From the NCBI GenBank assembly GCA_951406725.2, contig OX597819.1, positions 64,728,001 through 64,792,000 on the forward strand: DNA of 64,000 bases. The letters run 5' to 3'. A program made the translations under genes and the position numbers. This DNA comes from Octopus vulgaris. Its lineage: Eukaryota. Position 1 is the stretch's first letter. Each line of letters starts with the position of its first letter. Positions 29,127 to 43,227 of the stretch are shown piece by piece. The notes under the pieces are model-generated. The model was not told where the DNA came from. It made no database searches and saw only the letters and a program-made list of their open reading frames with translations.

Positions 29127-29606
29127 TTTCTAGCAATGCCGGTATTAATTTGTACTCTTGTTTGTTAATTTGCCTTTAGGTTTTAATTGCTAACAGGTCA
29201 CCTATGTTATATAATATAATATTTTAAATTATCTTATTTTATTTATACTGTACACTGTGACCGTTTGGAATTAGCGCTAGCTTTCAACGGTTTTTCTCGA
29301 GAATTAATCGAGGCGAGCTACCCTTTTAACCCGGAGTATCAGCAAGTTACTCTGATGAGAACTAAGATTCTAAGTATCAGAATTCGAATCTACGTGATAT
29401 ATCTATATATCTATTGACTTCTTCTGGGTGTTTATCTCACTATAGAATTGTTCTTTAGCTCGCTCCCTCGCTTTTTGTCAACTCATGAAGTTAGGGCTTT
29501 GTGTGGCTAATCGAGTCGATTTTTTACACTTATTTCTGGCATTACCAGTACTAATTGTTACCGTTGATTATTAATTTTCCTTTAGGTTTAAATTGTTAAA
29601 GGGCCA
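29127..29606 (+). mobile_element. ~406-bp unit with partial tandem repeat and degenerate hammerhead-like motif
   Basis: 29127-29200 recurs at 29533-29606. ctgatga-gaa..ttc-gaatc-tac-gt lies at 29352-29395. Confidence 0.45.
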
Positions 29607-29795
29607 GATGTATACAAAATCGCGCACGCATGAACAAACATAAATAGAGGGCATCTACATGTCATCCGGCATATAAATACTACTCACGAAGCTAGTTATA
29701 AAATGTAATCACATATCGAACGTACTCGAAGACAACAAGTGATTTTCGGATTACCCGCAGTTCCTGTGAACAAACGTCAATATCCACCTGTCTAA

Positions 29796-29862
<67 letters not shown>

Positions 29863-29887
29863 ATATATATATATATATACATATATA

Positions 29888-29956
<69 letters not shown>

Positions 29957-30772
29957 GTATATATAAATATTCATATCAATCGATCCATCGATCTACCTGT
30001 GTTATTGATAACACCTAGGAGAATGGTCCTTCATTCCAAAGTGAATAACTTCGACCACAAACTGTAATATCCCCTCCCCTTACTGATTCGGCAGATGAGA
30101 TCAAATCACTGCTTATCATATATATATATATATAATATATACACGCACATGTACATGTGTATGTATTCATATGCATATATATGAACCTTCTAATGAACTA
30201 ATATTATAAAGTCCATAATTTGATATAAATACAATAGCAGTATATGGTCACTCGGAATCTACAGCCTGTCTGCTCAAAATGAAATAAGTCGGTTCAGGAT
30301 AAAGCTATTCATTATGCAAACTTTTAATTTCCTATTGTCTCCACTATATTTGCATCCTCCCACTCTTTCTCTTGTATTGTGTTTACTGCTGTCTTCCCCT
30401 TTCTCTCACTCACTCTGAATGCACCTACATATATAAAAGGGAAGTAAATGGTAAAGTGCATATTATTCATATTCATAAAGATATCTCTTTATCTATCACT
30501 TTTGCTATACATATACTCACACATACACAAACACAAAGACGTATAAACACGCAAAAAACACACAGCTATCTATCAATATATCTATTTCTCTCTCTCTCTA
30601 CACACACACATACACATACACAGACATATATATATTCATATATGTATGTATATATATATGTATAAATATATATATATATGTGCATATATACATATATATA
30701 TATGTATGTATATATATATATATATATGTATAAATATATATATATATGTGCATATATACATATACATATATG

Positions 30773-30821
<49 letters not shown>

Positions 30822-30927
30822 TTACTTCCATTTATGCAAGCATATATTTACGCGTACGCACACATTTTCGTCTTCACATGTCTGTATATATACTCAGATG
30901 CGGTTACATATATACATACATACACAA

Positions 30928-30959
<32 letters not shown>

Positions 30960-30985
30960 GATCACACACAGACACACACACACAT

Positions 30986-31028
<43 letters not shown>

Positions 31029-32241
31029 GTAGATAGATAGGTAAAATGAAAGATGGATAGATAGATAAATAGTTAGATACATACCTATACTACATACCCC
31101 CACACATGCAAATTCTTGTATGTACAGGAATATATCTCTATCACCGGGAGATATGTGAAATTCTCCTCCGATTGGAATCGTATCAGCTCAAAATGGTAGT
31201 CTTTAGACAGACATAATTAAACAAAAGCCGACGGGTATTTCCGATCTAATGAGCTGAATACTTTCAATCGCTCCTTTCCCTGCATCTATTTCTATATACA
31301 GACGCCATAACTTTGTGCATTTTCTCAATTGTTGCATTCATGGCGGCCAGAAGGCTTCTGTGGAGATATGTCTGATACTATTTATGTAACTACTCGGCGT
31401 TTGAACAATTGTACACTCTAAGTGGTCCCTCCTCTATGAAATAAAAATACTAAGTATAAATAAAAAAAATAAGTTGTATAAATAGACAAGAATTCTGTGT
31501 ATAAATGAATATAGGCATATGACTTTTCTAAAACTTATTTCGAAATGAACAAACAAGGAGAGTTAGACATAGCCAACAACACTGACAATAGAAGCAACAA
31601 CAACAAAAACAACAGTTCCAGCCACATACGGATGCTTAGTCTCATGAATACCAATAAAAGATGTTTCTTATTATATATCTTACGTTTCCATGTGATTTTC
31701 ATAGAAATTGGCATTATCTCAAACATTTTCCATATTGTTATTTATGTGTTTTAATTACCGTTATTGTTACATTTCCTATTTTTATTATTGCATTCATTTT
31801 TAATGACGTCATCATTATTTCGAAAGTGGATTATAGTGTGTTTAAAATATTATATTCGAACAATTGTGTGTTATTTGGTCTCATTATTTTACCTCCCGAT
31901 TTCAAATCACACGGTTTTTCATTTTTAAGAATCAGGTCGATGTCGCTTTCAAACACACACACATACACACATATAAGTATATATAAATACACACACACAC
32001 ACACACATATGTATATATTTATATATACATACATGTACATATATACACACACATATATATATATACATATATGCATATATATGTACATGTATGCATGTAC
32101 AAATGTGTATCTGTCATTGTGTTTGTGTATTTATGCATATATACATACGTTATAGATATATGTGTGTGTATATATGTATATATGTATGTATCTATCTATC
32201 TGTCTATCTATCTATCTATATATATATATACATAGAGAGAG

Positions 32242-32295
<54 letters not shown>

Positions 32296-33024
32296 GTATA
32301 TTTGATGATTATATATGTGTTTGTGTGTGGAGGGTTGCATGTGTATGTACGTATATACAAAGCATGCACAAATAAAGACACACATTTGTACAGATACATA
32401 GGTTTTAAGTAGACCGAAGGTTAGATTGATCCAGCATATATAACGGTGCACAATAATTATGGTCGCAAGAAAATTCTGTGGCAACTACAAGGTTGTGTAA
32501 CGGAAGTTTCCTTATATTTTTAATCGATCAGTGATGAAACACGTGTAAGCTTATATTTTCAATTAATCAGTGATGAAAGATGTGCAAGGTTATGTATAAA
32601 ACCCATTTCTTTGTTTTCTTCCTCTATTCTTCTGAAAAAAAAAACATACCATCGTAACGTGGTAACGCTACGATGGCTTTACAAATTAGTCTGCTGATGA
32701 ACTTCGATTTTTGATTGCCTGTAACGTAGTCCCGATCACTGCAATATTTGTTTGCCTGGTGTATCTTAATTAAAAGAATTATTTCGCTTGGATTACTAAT
32801 CCCTTATTAATTTCTGTTTATATACAATAAATACATACATACATTCATACATAGATATATACATAAATATACATACATACATGCATACCTACCTACATAT
32901 ATACGTACATACATACATACATACACACATACATACATACATACATACATACATGCATGCATACATACCTATAACAACAAGACATCTGATACTTAAAACT
33001 CTCTAGTGAGACGTCTTTATCAAA

Positions 33025-33069
33025 GTACCTGAAGAGACCTAGACTGATGGGTCGAAACATGTGTTGTAC
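33025..33069 (+). ncRNA. Minimal type-I hammerhead ribozyme with canonical core
   Basis: gtac-CTGAAGA-gacc[tagactgatg]ggtc-GAAA-catgtg-TT-gtac. Stem I is extended by tgagac..tat / atagaggtctca. Confidence 0.8.
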
Positions 33070-33328
33070 CTAATAGAGGTCTCATACAAAATCAGTCTCG
33101 TACTATTACTTAATACTCTTACGCTAACTGCAACTGCGGAGCTCCTCAAGTAAATCAAACAGAAGTCTCCTGAGACTGAAACAGGATGACAACAGGTAGT
33201 GAAAATTCTACCATTACTCTACTCAACATTTAAACAGAAAAATCGAATTATACGTGTTTGTCTAATTTATTTATTCATTTATATATTATTATTATTATTA
33301 TTATTATTATTATCGTTATATATGTATA

Positions 33329-33712
33329 TCTCTCTCTATATAAACGGCAGTTTGTCTGTGCGTGTTTCTGTGTGTCTGTTTGCTTGTACCCTCACCCTGA
33401 CCACGGCTTTCAACCGATTCTGATGAAACTTGACACGCACATAGCCCAATGTCATAATTCAAAACTAACGCAGCGAAAATTTTGAAAAGTTCCCCCAGTT
33501 CTGAACAAAATCGATAAATTCGACATGGGGTCGAGAATCATAAACACAAACCACAAACTGTCTAGGAGACGCAACTCCACCTTTTTTAATTAAAAAAAAA
33601 ATTTACCATCATTTTTTCCCCATTTTTTTGCTATTGTTTGGCTATAACTCTCTAAAAATGCTTTATAGTTATTTCCCTTACAAACCTGAGCAACGCCGGG
33701 CGATACTGCTAG
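33329..33712 (+). mobile_element. Non-autonomous Helitron
   Basis: 5' A|TC..tatataaa start, subterminal GC hairpin cctgagcaacgccggg, and 3' CTAG|T end. Confidence 0.85.
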
Positions 33713-33724
33713 TATATATATATT

Positions 33725-33851
<127 letters not shown>

Positions 33852-34004
33852 GATTGATTGATTGATTGATTGATTCTAGTTTCAGCTTATGAGCTGTGGC
33901 CATGCTGGGGCACCGCCATTTGGTGTTGCTACTGGTTTCACTTCATGGAGGCTTTCTAGCAGCTGCTATTTGGTGCATGAGAGAGTTCGATGCAGCTGCC
34001 CTCA
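33852..34004 (-). mobile_element. CR1-like LINE extreme 3' end with (AATC)n tail
   Basis: Minus strand MRAAASNSLMHQIAAARKPP*, then ggcggtgccccagcatggccacagctcataagctgaaac and (aatc)n. Confidence 0.7.
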
Positions 34005-34087
34005 TATATAATATAAATTAGAGACAAAACCACTAAATCTGATTTTTTTTCCCTGTAAATTTGGATTTATTCCCTAATATTTATTAT

Positions 34088-34153
<66 letters not shown>

Positions 34154-34276
34154 AATATAAGAGAGTGTTCACTATATTGATCACTCTAGCACCAGTTAAT
34201 CCAAGAGGTTTCAACCACGAAATATGGTGTGGAATAAATATACTATTAAATTAGTATCTATTCTCTCACCCTATTA

Positions 34277-34405
<129 letters not shown>

Positions 34406-34752
34406 GTATGTAAATGTAAAAAATACAAACTGGGACAAAGACGTGAAACATTTAGAAGACGATACAAAAAACACGGACGGGACATTCAAAGCCTTCAATC
34501 TTTAGTCAAGGACCGGATCATCTTCGCAATTTCGGCTGTCACACACCTATTTTTCTACACGCTCTCTTTATTAACACTTGCCCTCATCACCACGCTAATA
34601 TCTTTCTTGTGTCAGAGAATATATGCCTAGAGTCTTCCTTATTTGGGTGTATGTCTTACAATTCTGTTGATTCATCTTTTATATTTAATTCTATGTAACT
34701 ACGTTCTATCTAAATTTAGCGAAGATATACATACATCCATACATACATACAT

Positions 34753-34830
<78 letters not shown>

Positions 34831-35337
34831 GTACATACATATATATAAATGTTGTTGTTTGGATTTTTGTACTGTAAATATAATGTATATAATTTTGTGT
34901 GGTTACGATTAGTAGACAATATCGTATAAAAATCAAATCAGAGATAGAAAATAAGTGAGGCAATTGGGACTCCAACAGAAATTTGTAGTAATTTCCTATA
35001 ATGATCAATAAACTATTTATATTCTCCAGTAAATCACATTTAATTGTGCGTACATACACAAAAGGATGCGTATGTGTGTGTTTGTGCGGTGTATGGATAT
35101 ATAAGTATATATTCGGATATATGTTTGCGTGTGTGTGAGTGTATGTATACTTGAAGAAACACAACCATATTCATTTTTGTAATATATGTGCTATTTATTT
35201 TAAATTAAGTGTGGAACGCATGAATTTAACTGAAATTAGTCTCTATTGATAATAGTCGGAAACTTCTTTATGGTATACCCCTTGAATAAGCAGATTAAAA
35301 AGGATAGAAATAATGGCCAAGAGAGATAAGTTCGTTA

Positions 35338-35406
<69 letters not shown>

Positions 35407-35425
35407 TATACTTATATATATATAC

Positions 35426-35456
<31 letters not shown>

Positions 35457-36649
35457 CATATGTATATATATATACGGTAATATATATATATATCGTAACC
35501 CCATATGTCTATACTTTTTATGATTATAAAATAAATGGACAAGGAAAGGAAACTTAAGTATGTCATATTTAATCGAGCAGAATCTGATAACAAATAAAAT
35601 ATTAGTGACTTAATTTGATTAATTGTCTTGGAACGAGTAAGAAATAGGGAAATAGGTGTAGAAACGTAGAAATTTGAAAGCCCGTGATTAAAGGTAACTT
35701 TTATTTTGAAGTGTACTGCAATTAAAATGAGTGATTGTTATAGCATCTGGTAAATGAAATAGATTGGATGTTTAAAATAACTATTTTTGTATAAATATAA
35801 TACATAGTTCTAGTAGAAGTTATTTGCGGTCAGTAATGTTCAATAAAAATAATGATGCGATAGAATTAACTACATGTAGATTGTATTTAGCGTGAATCGT
35901 TGAACATAAGAAATAGAGTATTATTATAGGATTTTATTATAGTTTATCTTTCTTGGGTTGACAAAAAATAATCCCAACGGGGAATATAAAACAGTACGCA
36001 TATATATTGGTTGCACAGTGTTAATTTCGGATGAGCTGTTCAAAATTCTGCAGATTTACGAACGGACAGGACTGCTGATAATACCCACCAACCTCCACAA
36101 CCCAATCTCCATTTCATCAGCCCCGACACATTAACATACAAATAATATAGTTAAGGAGACAAAAGCATGTTGATGGAAAATGGATCAAAATTTTGATTAA
36201 AGTTTAGATATTGTGGAACAGCAGTTTACTTGAAGTAATCTTTATGTTAATTATACATTAATGAAAATCTTTTAATAGTAACTTGAACTGAAATGAAAAA
36301 ATAAAAGTTTGTATTTAAATATCTTTAAATAGTTTGTTAGCATAACTGAAAATAAGAGGGTAAGAAATTGGCGCTAGGTTTGACTAAGGTAAATAAAATA
36401 AAATGACAAATCAGTAAAAATGTAGGTGTTGATTAACAATATAATGAGTATATAATTTTCTGAAAGAATGCAATGCGGAAAGAATGTTGCGCGAATTAAA
36501 AATACAAAGATGTTTAAAACCTTGTTTATAATTAAATATTATCTTATGAAACAATGAAACAACGTTTAAAGCGATGATGAGTTCTATTTTGAGGTAAGGA
36601 ATAAGAAAGAATAGAACGGAAAGATTGTTAATCTTTTATGCACAACCCT

Positions 36650-37221
36650 CAACTCAATATTCATTAAGAAACCCTACAATGAAGAACAAACACCTATCCA
36701 CGACACTTTCAACGATTTCATTTTAAAACAAGAACAAATTATTAAAGATTTGAACACTCTATACACTACACTAAAGTCGGTGTTCACAAACAAACCGAGC
36801 AACGACCAGCGCACAACAAATGAAACCCACCAGGACGTCATACTTACACAAGTCATTCTAACAAAAAGAAAAATAGAAAACATTTGGAATACAAACCTTC
36901 ATAATAGAAAACTCGCTTTCTGGAATATGTTAAGAAAATTCCAACAAAGCATATATCTACGAAGAATGGATGAACACAACACCAATTATCCTCCCACGCA
37001 AATTCCAGATCAAAACAATACCTAATGAACCTGACCGACAGAGGACTATTAGGGAAAGGTCAGCTCTCTTCCATTTAAAATCAGAGATAGAATTACTAAG
37101 ACTTAGGACCTCCACTAATGAAGAAAAATATAAAAACATCGACGAGGAGAGGCATAGGGACTTCTCCAAAAACTAAATTACTACACACAAAATTTTATAA
37201 CATTTTTCTAACATAAAGACT

Positions 37222-37225
<4 letters not shown>
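36650..37225 (+). pseudogene. Frameshifted coding relic, probably a retroelement ORF
   Basis: Overlapping ORFs join into natural-looking protein: ...KIENIWNTNLHNRKLAFWNMLR / AYIYEEWMNTTPIILPRKFQIKTIPNE..RERSALFHLKSEIELLRLR. It is A-rich and ends in (TA)n. Family not identified. Confidence 0.5.
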
Positions 37226-37256
<31 letters not shown>

Positions 37257-37284
37257 AATAATTACTGTGAGGCATTGTGTAGAG

Positions 37285-37578
37285 TATGTTGTGTAAAAGA
37301 TCGTGGGTAAGGCCAAAACAATGTGAAGAAAAGGCAAGGTAAAACAAAAAAGAAAATACATATGCGAATTAATGTAGACTAACATTGTGTTCTATATTTC
37401 GGGATTACAACTCCATTTTTCAAGAATTCGACATCAATTTCTTGAAAATGAGGTCATAACACCGACATATTGAATACAATGTAAGTCTACATTAATTCAA
37501 TTATATGTTTCCTTCTGATTTACATTGCAATTACCTCGCATTGTTTGGGACTTACCCACGATCTTTTATGCAACTTAT
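37285..37578. mobile_element. ~290-bp foldback element (family H3)
   Basis: gttgtgtaaaagatcgtgggtaag / cttacccacgatcttttatgcaac; gaattaatgtagact / agtctacattaattc; centre ttcaagaa..ttcttgaa at ~37420-37447. Confidence 0.85.
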
Positions 37579-37611
37579 ATATAAATGTGTGTGTGGGCGT
37601 GTGTTTGAGTG

Positions 37612-37935
37612 TGAAGGCACATGGCTTAGTGGTTAGAGCGTCGAGCTTACGATTGCAAGTTGTGAGCTCGAATCCTGTGTTGTTCTTGAGCCAGATACTT
37701 TATTTCACGTAGCTCCAGTTCACTAGCTGTAGAAATGAGTTGCGACATTACAGGTGCCAAGCTGTATCGGATTTTGCCTCTCCCTTGGATAACAATGGTT
37801 GCGTGGAGAGGGGAGGCCAGTATGCATGGGCGACTGCTGGTCTTCCATAAACAACCTTGCCCGGATTTGAACCTCGGAGGGTAACATTCTAGCTGCAATA
37901 CCATGGTCTGTGTCGTGACCGATGAAGGTCTCATG
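37612..37935 (+). mobile_element. tRNA-derived SINE (family D)
   Basis: A box tggcttagtggtt and B box gagctcgaatcc, then cttgagccagatacttta..aaatgagt. The head is related to family C. Confidence 0.75.
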
Positions 37936-38574
37936 TCTCATATATATATATATATATGTAATTATATTTGGTTTTGCGTGTGGGTTAGACAGAGAGAAAA
38001 AAGCGCAAGAGAGGGAGAGAGCTCGTGTATTATGGCCTCGGATGTTTTGTGACGTCAAGAATTTGAAGGACATTAAAACGCTGAACCCATCGACATGAAG
38101 AACTAAAGAAATAAAATCGAAGATTTCTTTAAGCATAATTTTCTTTCCCCAAGTGAGGAAAAACTTACCTCGCTACACGTATTCCTGTTCGTATTCTCAC
38201 GTTTCGTTTGTTGTCGCCAAGGCAGCGACATTCGTTTATTTTATGTCACAACTTTTTGTTGCTGCATATCTCTCCATTTCAGCATCTATCTTCTCCTCTG
38301 GGCGTGCGTGTGCGTGAGTGTGTGTGTATTTGTGTGTTTGTGTGCATCTGTTTGTTTATGTGTATATATATGTAAGTATATATATGTGTGTGTGTGTGTG
38401 TGTGTATATATATAGATGAACAAATATATATGTAAGCACATACTCATACGTGTATAGACATATATATATGTATATATATATATGAATAAATATATAAAAA
38501 CTAATACATAAGTACACATATCTATGCACACAGACAGACAGACACACATATATAAATATATGTACATGTATATA

Positions 38575-38632
<58 letters not shown>

Positions 38633-38736
38633 AAAGATATATATATGTATATACATATATAAATACATTCACACACATATATACACACACATCTATATAT
38701 GGATAGATAGTTTAAATTGATCGATAGATAGCCAGG

Positions 38737-38801
<65 letters not shown>

Positions 38802-39226
38802 GGATAGATAGATAGACATGCATAGAGATCGATAGGTTGATAGATGCATACATACATAGATAGTTGGACAGGTAGACAGATATGCACGAAGGCATGCACG
38901 TGCTTTCATCCAATATCTAGATGTATACACATACATATCACGATACATAATGGCTCACATATCAAATTGTATATTCTATTAAGGAAAGAATAAACTTACT
39001 CGGTATATTTTATAGCCGGTCAACTGCGTTTTCTTTCGTCATCTCCTTCCAGAAATGTAATTTATTTTCCCATTTACCATATATAAATAAAGGCAAAATA
39101 CAAGCAAGGAAAATAAACGGATATTATCAAAGAATATATTGGTATTCATGTCATGCATTTTATATCCGGTCATCAATTTGAAAACTGCTGTTTACATTAG
39201 TTAATCAAGAATGAACGATATATAAG

Positions 39227-39280
<54 letters not shown>

Positions 39281-39699
39281 TGTGTGTGATAAATATATAT
39301 ACGTAAACGCACACACCACATACGCATACATATCTTTGGAAATGTAGAAAAGAATCAGTTAACAAAGCTAATATAAACGCTCTATTGTAATTGCTAATAT
39401 TTTTTCACCATCTTTCTTACTGTTGTTATTCTTATAATATGTAATTTGCTCAGATTCTTTTCGTTGTTCTTTTTTTTTTTTCTTTCTCTTGTGCTTATCA
39501 TTTTATTACAGCAACCACTTCACGTCTCCTTCTTCGTGTTTCTAATGCTACCACCACCATCACCTTTACTAAGTTTCCGAAAGTGTTGTTTTAAGAGAAT
39601 TTTCACGTTGTGCAACTGTTTAATATTGCATGATTTTCTCGTGATAATAGTAAAAAAAAATGCTATTTATAAGTGGAATAATTTTTTTTTTTTTTTGCT

Positions 39700-40380
39700 A
39701 TGGGCACAAGGCTTCAAATTCCAGAGAGGGTTAATTCGATTACATCGACACCAGTATTCCACTGGTACTCTTTTTATCGATTGCGAAATAATGAAAAGCA
39801 GAAATCTATCACGGCGGAATTTGGACTCTGAACAAACAGACAGCTACCGACAAGCTGTGTTGACGAATCTGTCAGATTGCGGCCTTATTTCTAACTTTAT
39901 TTTATGCTTTCATCGCCATGGCCGTCATGATCAATATCGTTGCAATCACCACCACCAACACCATCATCATCATTATTATCATCATAATCGTTGTCGTCGT
40001 CGTCCCAAACTTGTCACGCGTGACCGAATGCGTGATGGAATTTTGTCTGCCCTTGTGTACTTGGTTCAAATTTAGCCTGTCATCCTGAGTGCGTTACTGA
40101 AAAATATGGGTCTAGTATACGTCATGTAATTAGAGCAATATGATCAAAAAGCCCCGTCCCCAGAAAATTTGGGTCTTTACGTTCTGGTTTCAAATCTCGC
40201 TCGTGGTCGATAAATTGTCTACCGGTCAGTTACTAGGGTCCCTGTAATTCACTAGTACCTCCAACAACCAGAAAATTTCCTATAATGGAAACTACAATAA
40301 TAATAATTATTATTATTATTATTATTAATATCATCATCTTCATTCACATCATCATCATCATCACCATCAGCATCATCATC

Positions 40381-40431
<51 letters not shown>

Positions 40432-40465
40432 TTCATCATCATCATCATCATCATCATTGCTATTA

Positions 40466-40500
<35 letters not shown>

Positions 40501-40991
40501 GCTAAACAGACGGTGAGCTTGCGGAATCGTTGGTGCGCTGGACGAAATGCTTAGCAGTATTTTGCGCGTGACTAGGTTTTGTAAATACCGCCGTGGTCGA
40601 CATTACCAGACATATGCATCACAACAATATCAGCACGATTTGGTGAGCTCATGTCAAGATAATCAGCGCATGAACTCGAAGGTGGAGCCCAATCAGAATT
40701 TTCGTTAGGTCAAGCAGCCCATCTTGTTCATATGGTCCTTGTATAAGCGTTAAGTAATTTGAACGAAACACGCACACAATTCCGCAGGGGAAACTACAAA
40801 TATTGCGTCTCAACTACTTTTGCTCATGAAGGGCATACATAACTGTTAATGTTAATTAACTAACAAGCAAATCTGTGGTATTAAGCAAAATGTTTGCTAT
40901 AGCCATATTTTATACCAAGACAAGACAATGTATTCTTCCAACGAGTTAAGATCTGAAGCCATGAGAGCTACTGCCTGGTATTACAACAGGG

Positions 40992-41049
<58 letters not shown>

Positions 41050-41220
41050 CATTATTATTATTTATTATGATTATTATTATCATTATTATTATTATTATTA
41101 TTTTCATAAAGGCGGCGAGCGGGCAGAATCGTTAGTGCGTCGGGCGAAATGCTTAACGGAATTTCATCTGTCGACTTCATCGCTTCCCCAAATTTGCGAC
41201 CTTGTGCTTGCAGCAGAAAA
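39700..41220. mobile_element. Cluster of degraded SINE family A pieces (~39700-39860 minus; ~40050-40290, 40508-40600, 41111-41220 plus)
   Basis: ggcggcgagcgggcagaatcgttag..gggcgaaatgctta at 41111; cggcggaatttggactctgaac at ~39812. Confidence 0.65.
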
Positions 41221-41277
<57 letters not shown>

Positions 41278-41351
41278 CATTATTATTATTATTATTATCA
41301 TCATCATCATCATCATCATCATTATTGTTATTATTGTCATTATTATTATTA

Positions 41352-42245
41352 TTGTCGCAGGTTTTGTTGGAGCTCTTCGAGTCTTGCATGCATAGTGGGT
41401 TTACTACCTGCAGCCTACGGTACCATGCTATTCGTTCTTTTCAGCCTTCTAATACTTTCCTGATTTTTCTAGCCGTTCAAACGAGGCAAAACTTTTGTAA
41501 CGTTTCTATTGGGTACTCGATTCCAATTTCCTTTATTTTCCTATTGATGCCTTCTGATACTGTTCCCAAAGACCCAACAATAATTTGCACAATATTCACC
41601 TCCATTTTCTATAGCTGGCCTATTTCGTACTCAAGAGGGTTTTATCTTTCTTTTCACCTTCCTTCTTGAATATTCGTGTGTCAAATTGGCATGCAACGTC
41701 AACTGTATTGCATATGCGGGGCACCTTGTCCACCACCACTAGGTCCGGTTTGTTATGCTCTTACATCTGATCTGTTTGGATCGGGAATTTAGGAATATTT
41801 TGGTAGTCTCTGACTCAGTCACCTTCTGCGGTTTGTGCTAATATCACTTCTTGCTCGCTCTAGCTCCCGCTTTTCTCACAGTCTCAATGTAGTACTTTCG
41901 CTGCTATGATGTGCCGCCACAGCTTGTAGTGATATTGAGCAAGTGTAGGGCATTCGCTCGTGATATGGGCAATGGTTTCATAGACTTCATTGCAGATGCG
42001 ACACAGCGGAAACACTTGCTCATTCCTCAGGTTGACCCTCCAATCCGTGGCCAGCAGTTGTTCCTGCGCTGCCAGTCTAATACTCTCGCTCTGTTTTCTT
42101 TACGGTGCATTTCATTAGCCAATCCCACATATTTTTCCAGCAACTTCAGTCGTCGCTACAAGGAATTGATTCATAGTGCCTTCTTGGGTAATACTTCTTC
42201 GTGTTCTTTTTGTACTTCTTCACTTGCTTTCCCCTTTTCTTTGCT
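41352..42245 (-). mobile_element. 5'-truncated R4/Dong-type LINE: CCHC finger plus REL endonuclease relic
   Basis: Minus strand: AAQEQLLAT..CRICNEVYETIAHITSEC..WRH..KPDLVVVD..VDVACQFD..IIVGSLGT..TARKIRKVLEG*. The 3' end abuts an (ATT)n tract. Confidence 0.9.
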
Positions 42246-42247
42246 CT

Positions 42248-42294
<47 letters not shown>

Positions 42295-42559
42295 AAAATA
42301 TCATTTAACTAGGAAGTTGGGTTAGAGAGATAGATGCAGCCTTCTAGTGTGTTTATCAAAAGATGGTCACCAGAGGAAAGACTAGTGACTGTGAATGGAG
42401 GTCTCTGGGTAAGATTTTTTTAGCAGGAGAGAAAATACTCAGCGGGATTTGTTTCTGCTCTGTGTAGGGTTCATATTCGGGTTGATAAAATAAAGTACAC
42501 TATGTTTCGTTTTTCTTCTGCAACTGATTTTGTACCTCTTCCATGTACTATACCTCATT

Positions 42560-42920
42560 CTTTTCATTCTTCTTCATCTTCTTGGTCTCTCTACTCCTCT
42601 TTTTCTTTATCTTCTTCTTCTTCTATTTCTTTGTCTTCTTTCATTTCTTTGTCTTCTTTTTCTCTTCTTCTTCTTCTTCTTTTCTTCTTATACTACTTTC
42701 TCTTCATTTTCTCCTTCTTTCTCTTCTCTCCTTTCTTCTTCTTCTTCGCCTTCTTCTTTCTCTTCCTTTCTGCTTCCTTCTCTCCTTTTTCTTCTTTTTC
42801 TTCTTTCTCTTCATTTTCTCTTTTCTACTTCTCTTCTTTCTCTTCTTTTATTTCTTTCTCTTACTTTTCTTCTTTCTCCTTTCTATTATTTTCTTCTTCT
42901 TCTTCTTCATTTTCTTGATG
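42560..42920. repeat. Long polypyrimidine (CTT/TC) low-complexity tract
   Basis: Directly visible; source of the F/S/L-rich ORFs. Confidence 0.95.
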
Positions 42921-43179
42921 TCTTCGTTTTCGTTGTAGTTCTTCCATTTCCTTGGTATTGCGTTCCTAGTTATTGTTTTCTATTCCGTTCAGTAAAACCA
43001 TCGCAGATTCTTTTCTACAAAATGGAAGAAACAAATACATAACGGACGCATAACATGCCGCTTTCTCATACTGATAACCTTTTATTTTATTCTCTCTCTC
43101 TAATAAATTAATGGAATTAGCTGCAATATAAAAAAACGATGAAACCACAAGAATATTTCTAAAAAGAATATACAAAGTA

Positions 43180-43227
<48 letters not shown>

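Noticed and set aside
32510-32700. C/D snoRNA suggested by gtgatga and ctga boxes
   Set aside because: The gtgatga copies come from a ~39-bp tandem duplication and there is no terminal stem.
34189-34232. Hammerhead-like gcacca..aga-ggtt/aacc-acgaaa..tggtgt
   Set aside because: No CTGANGA box.
40935-40990. U2 snRNA-like snippets (cctggtatt)
   Set aside because: Matches are too short, with no branch-point pairing region or Sm site.
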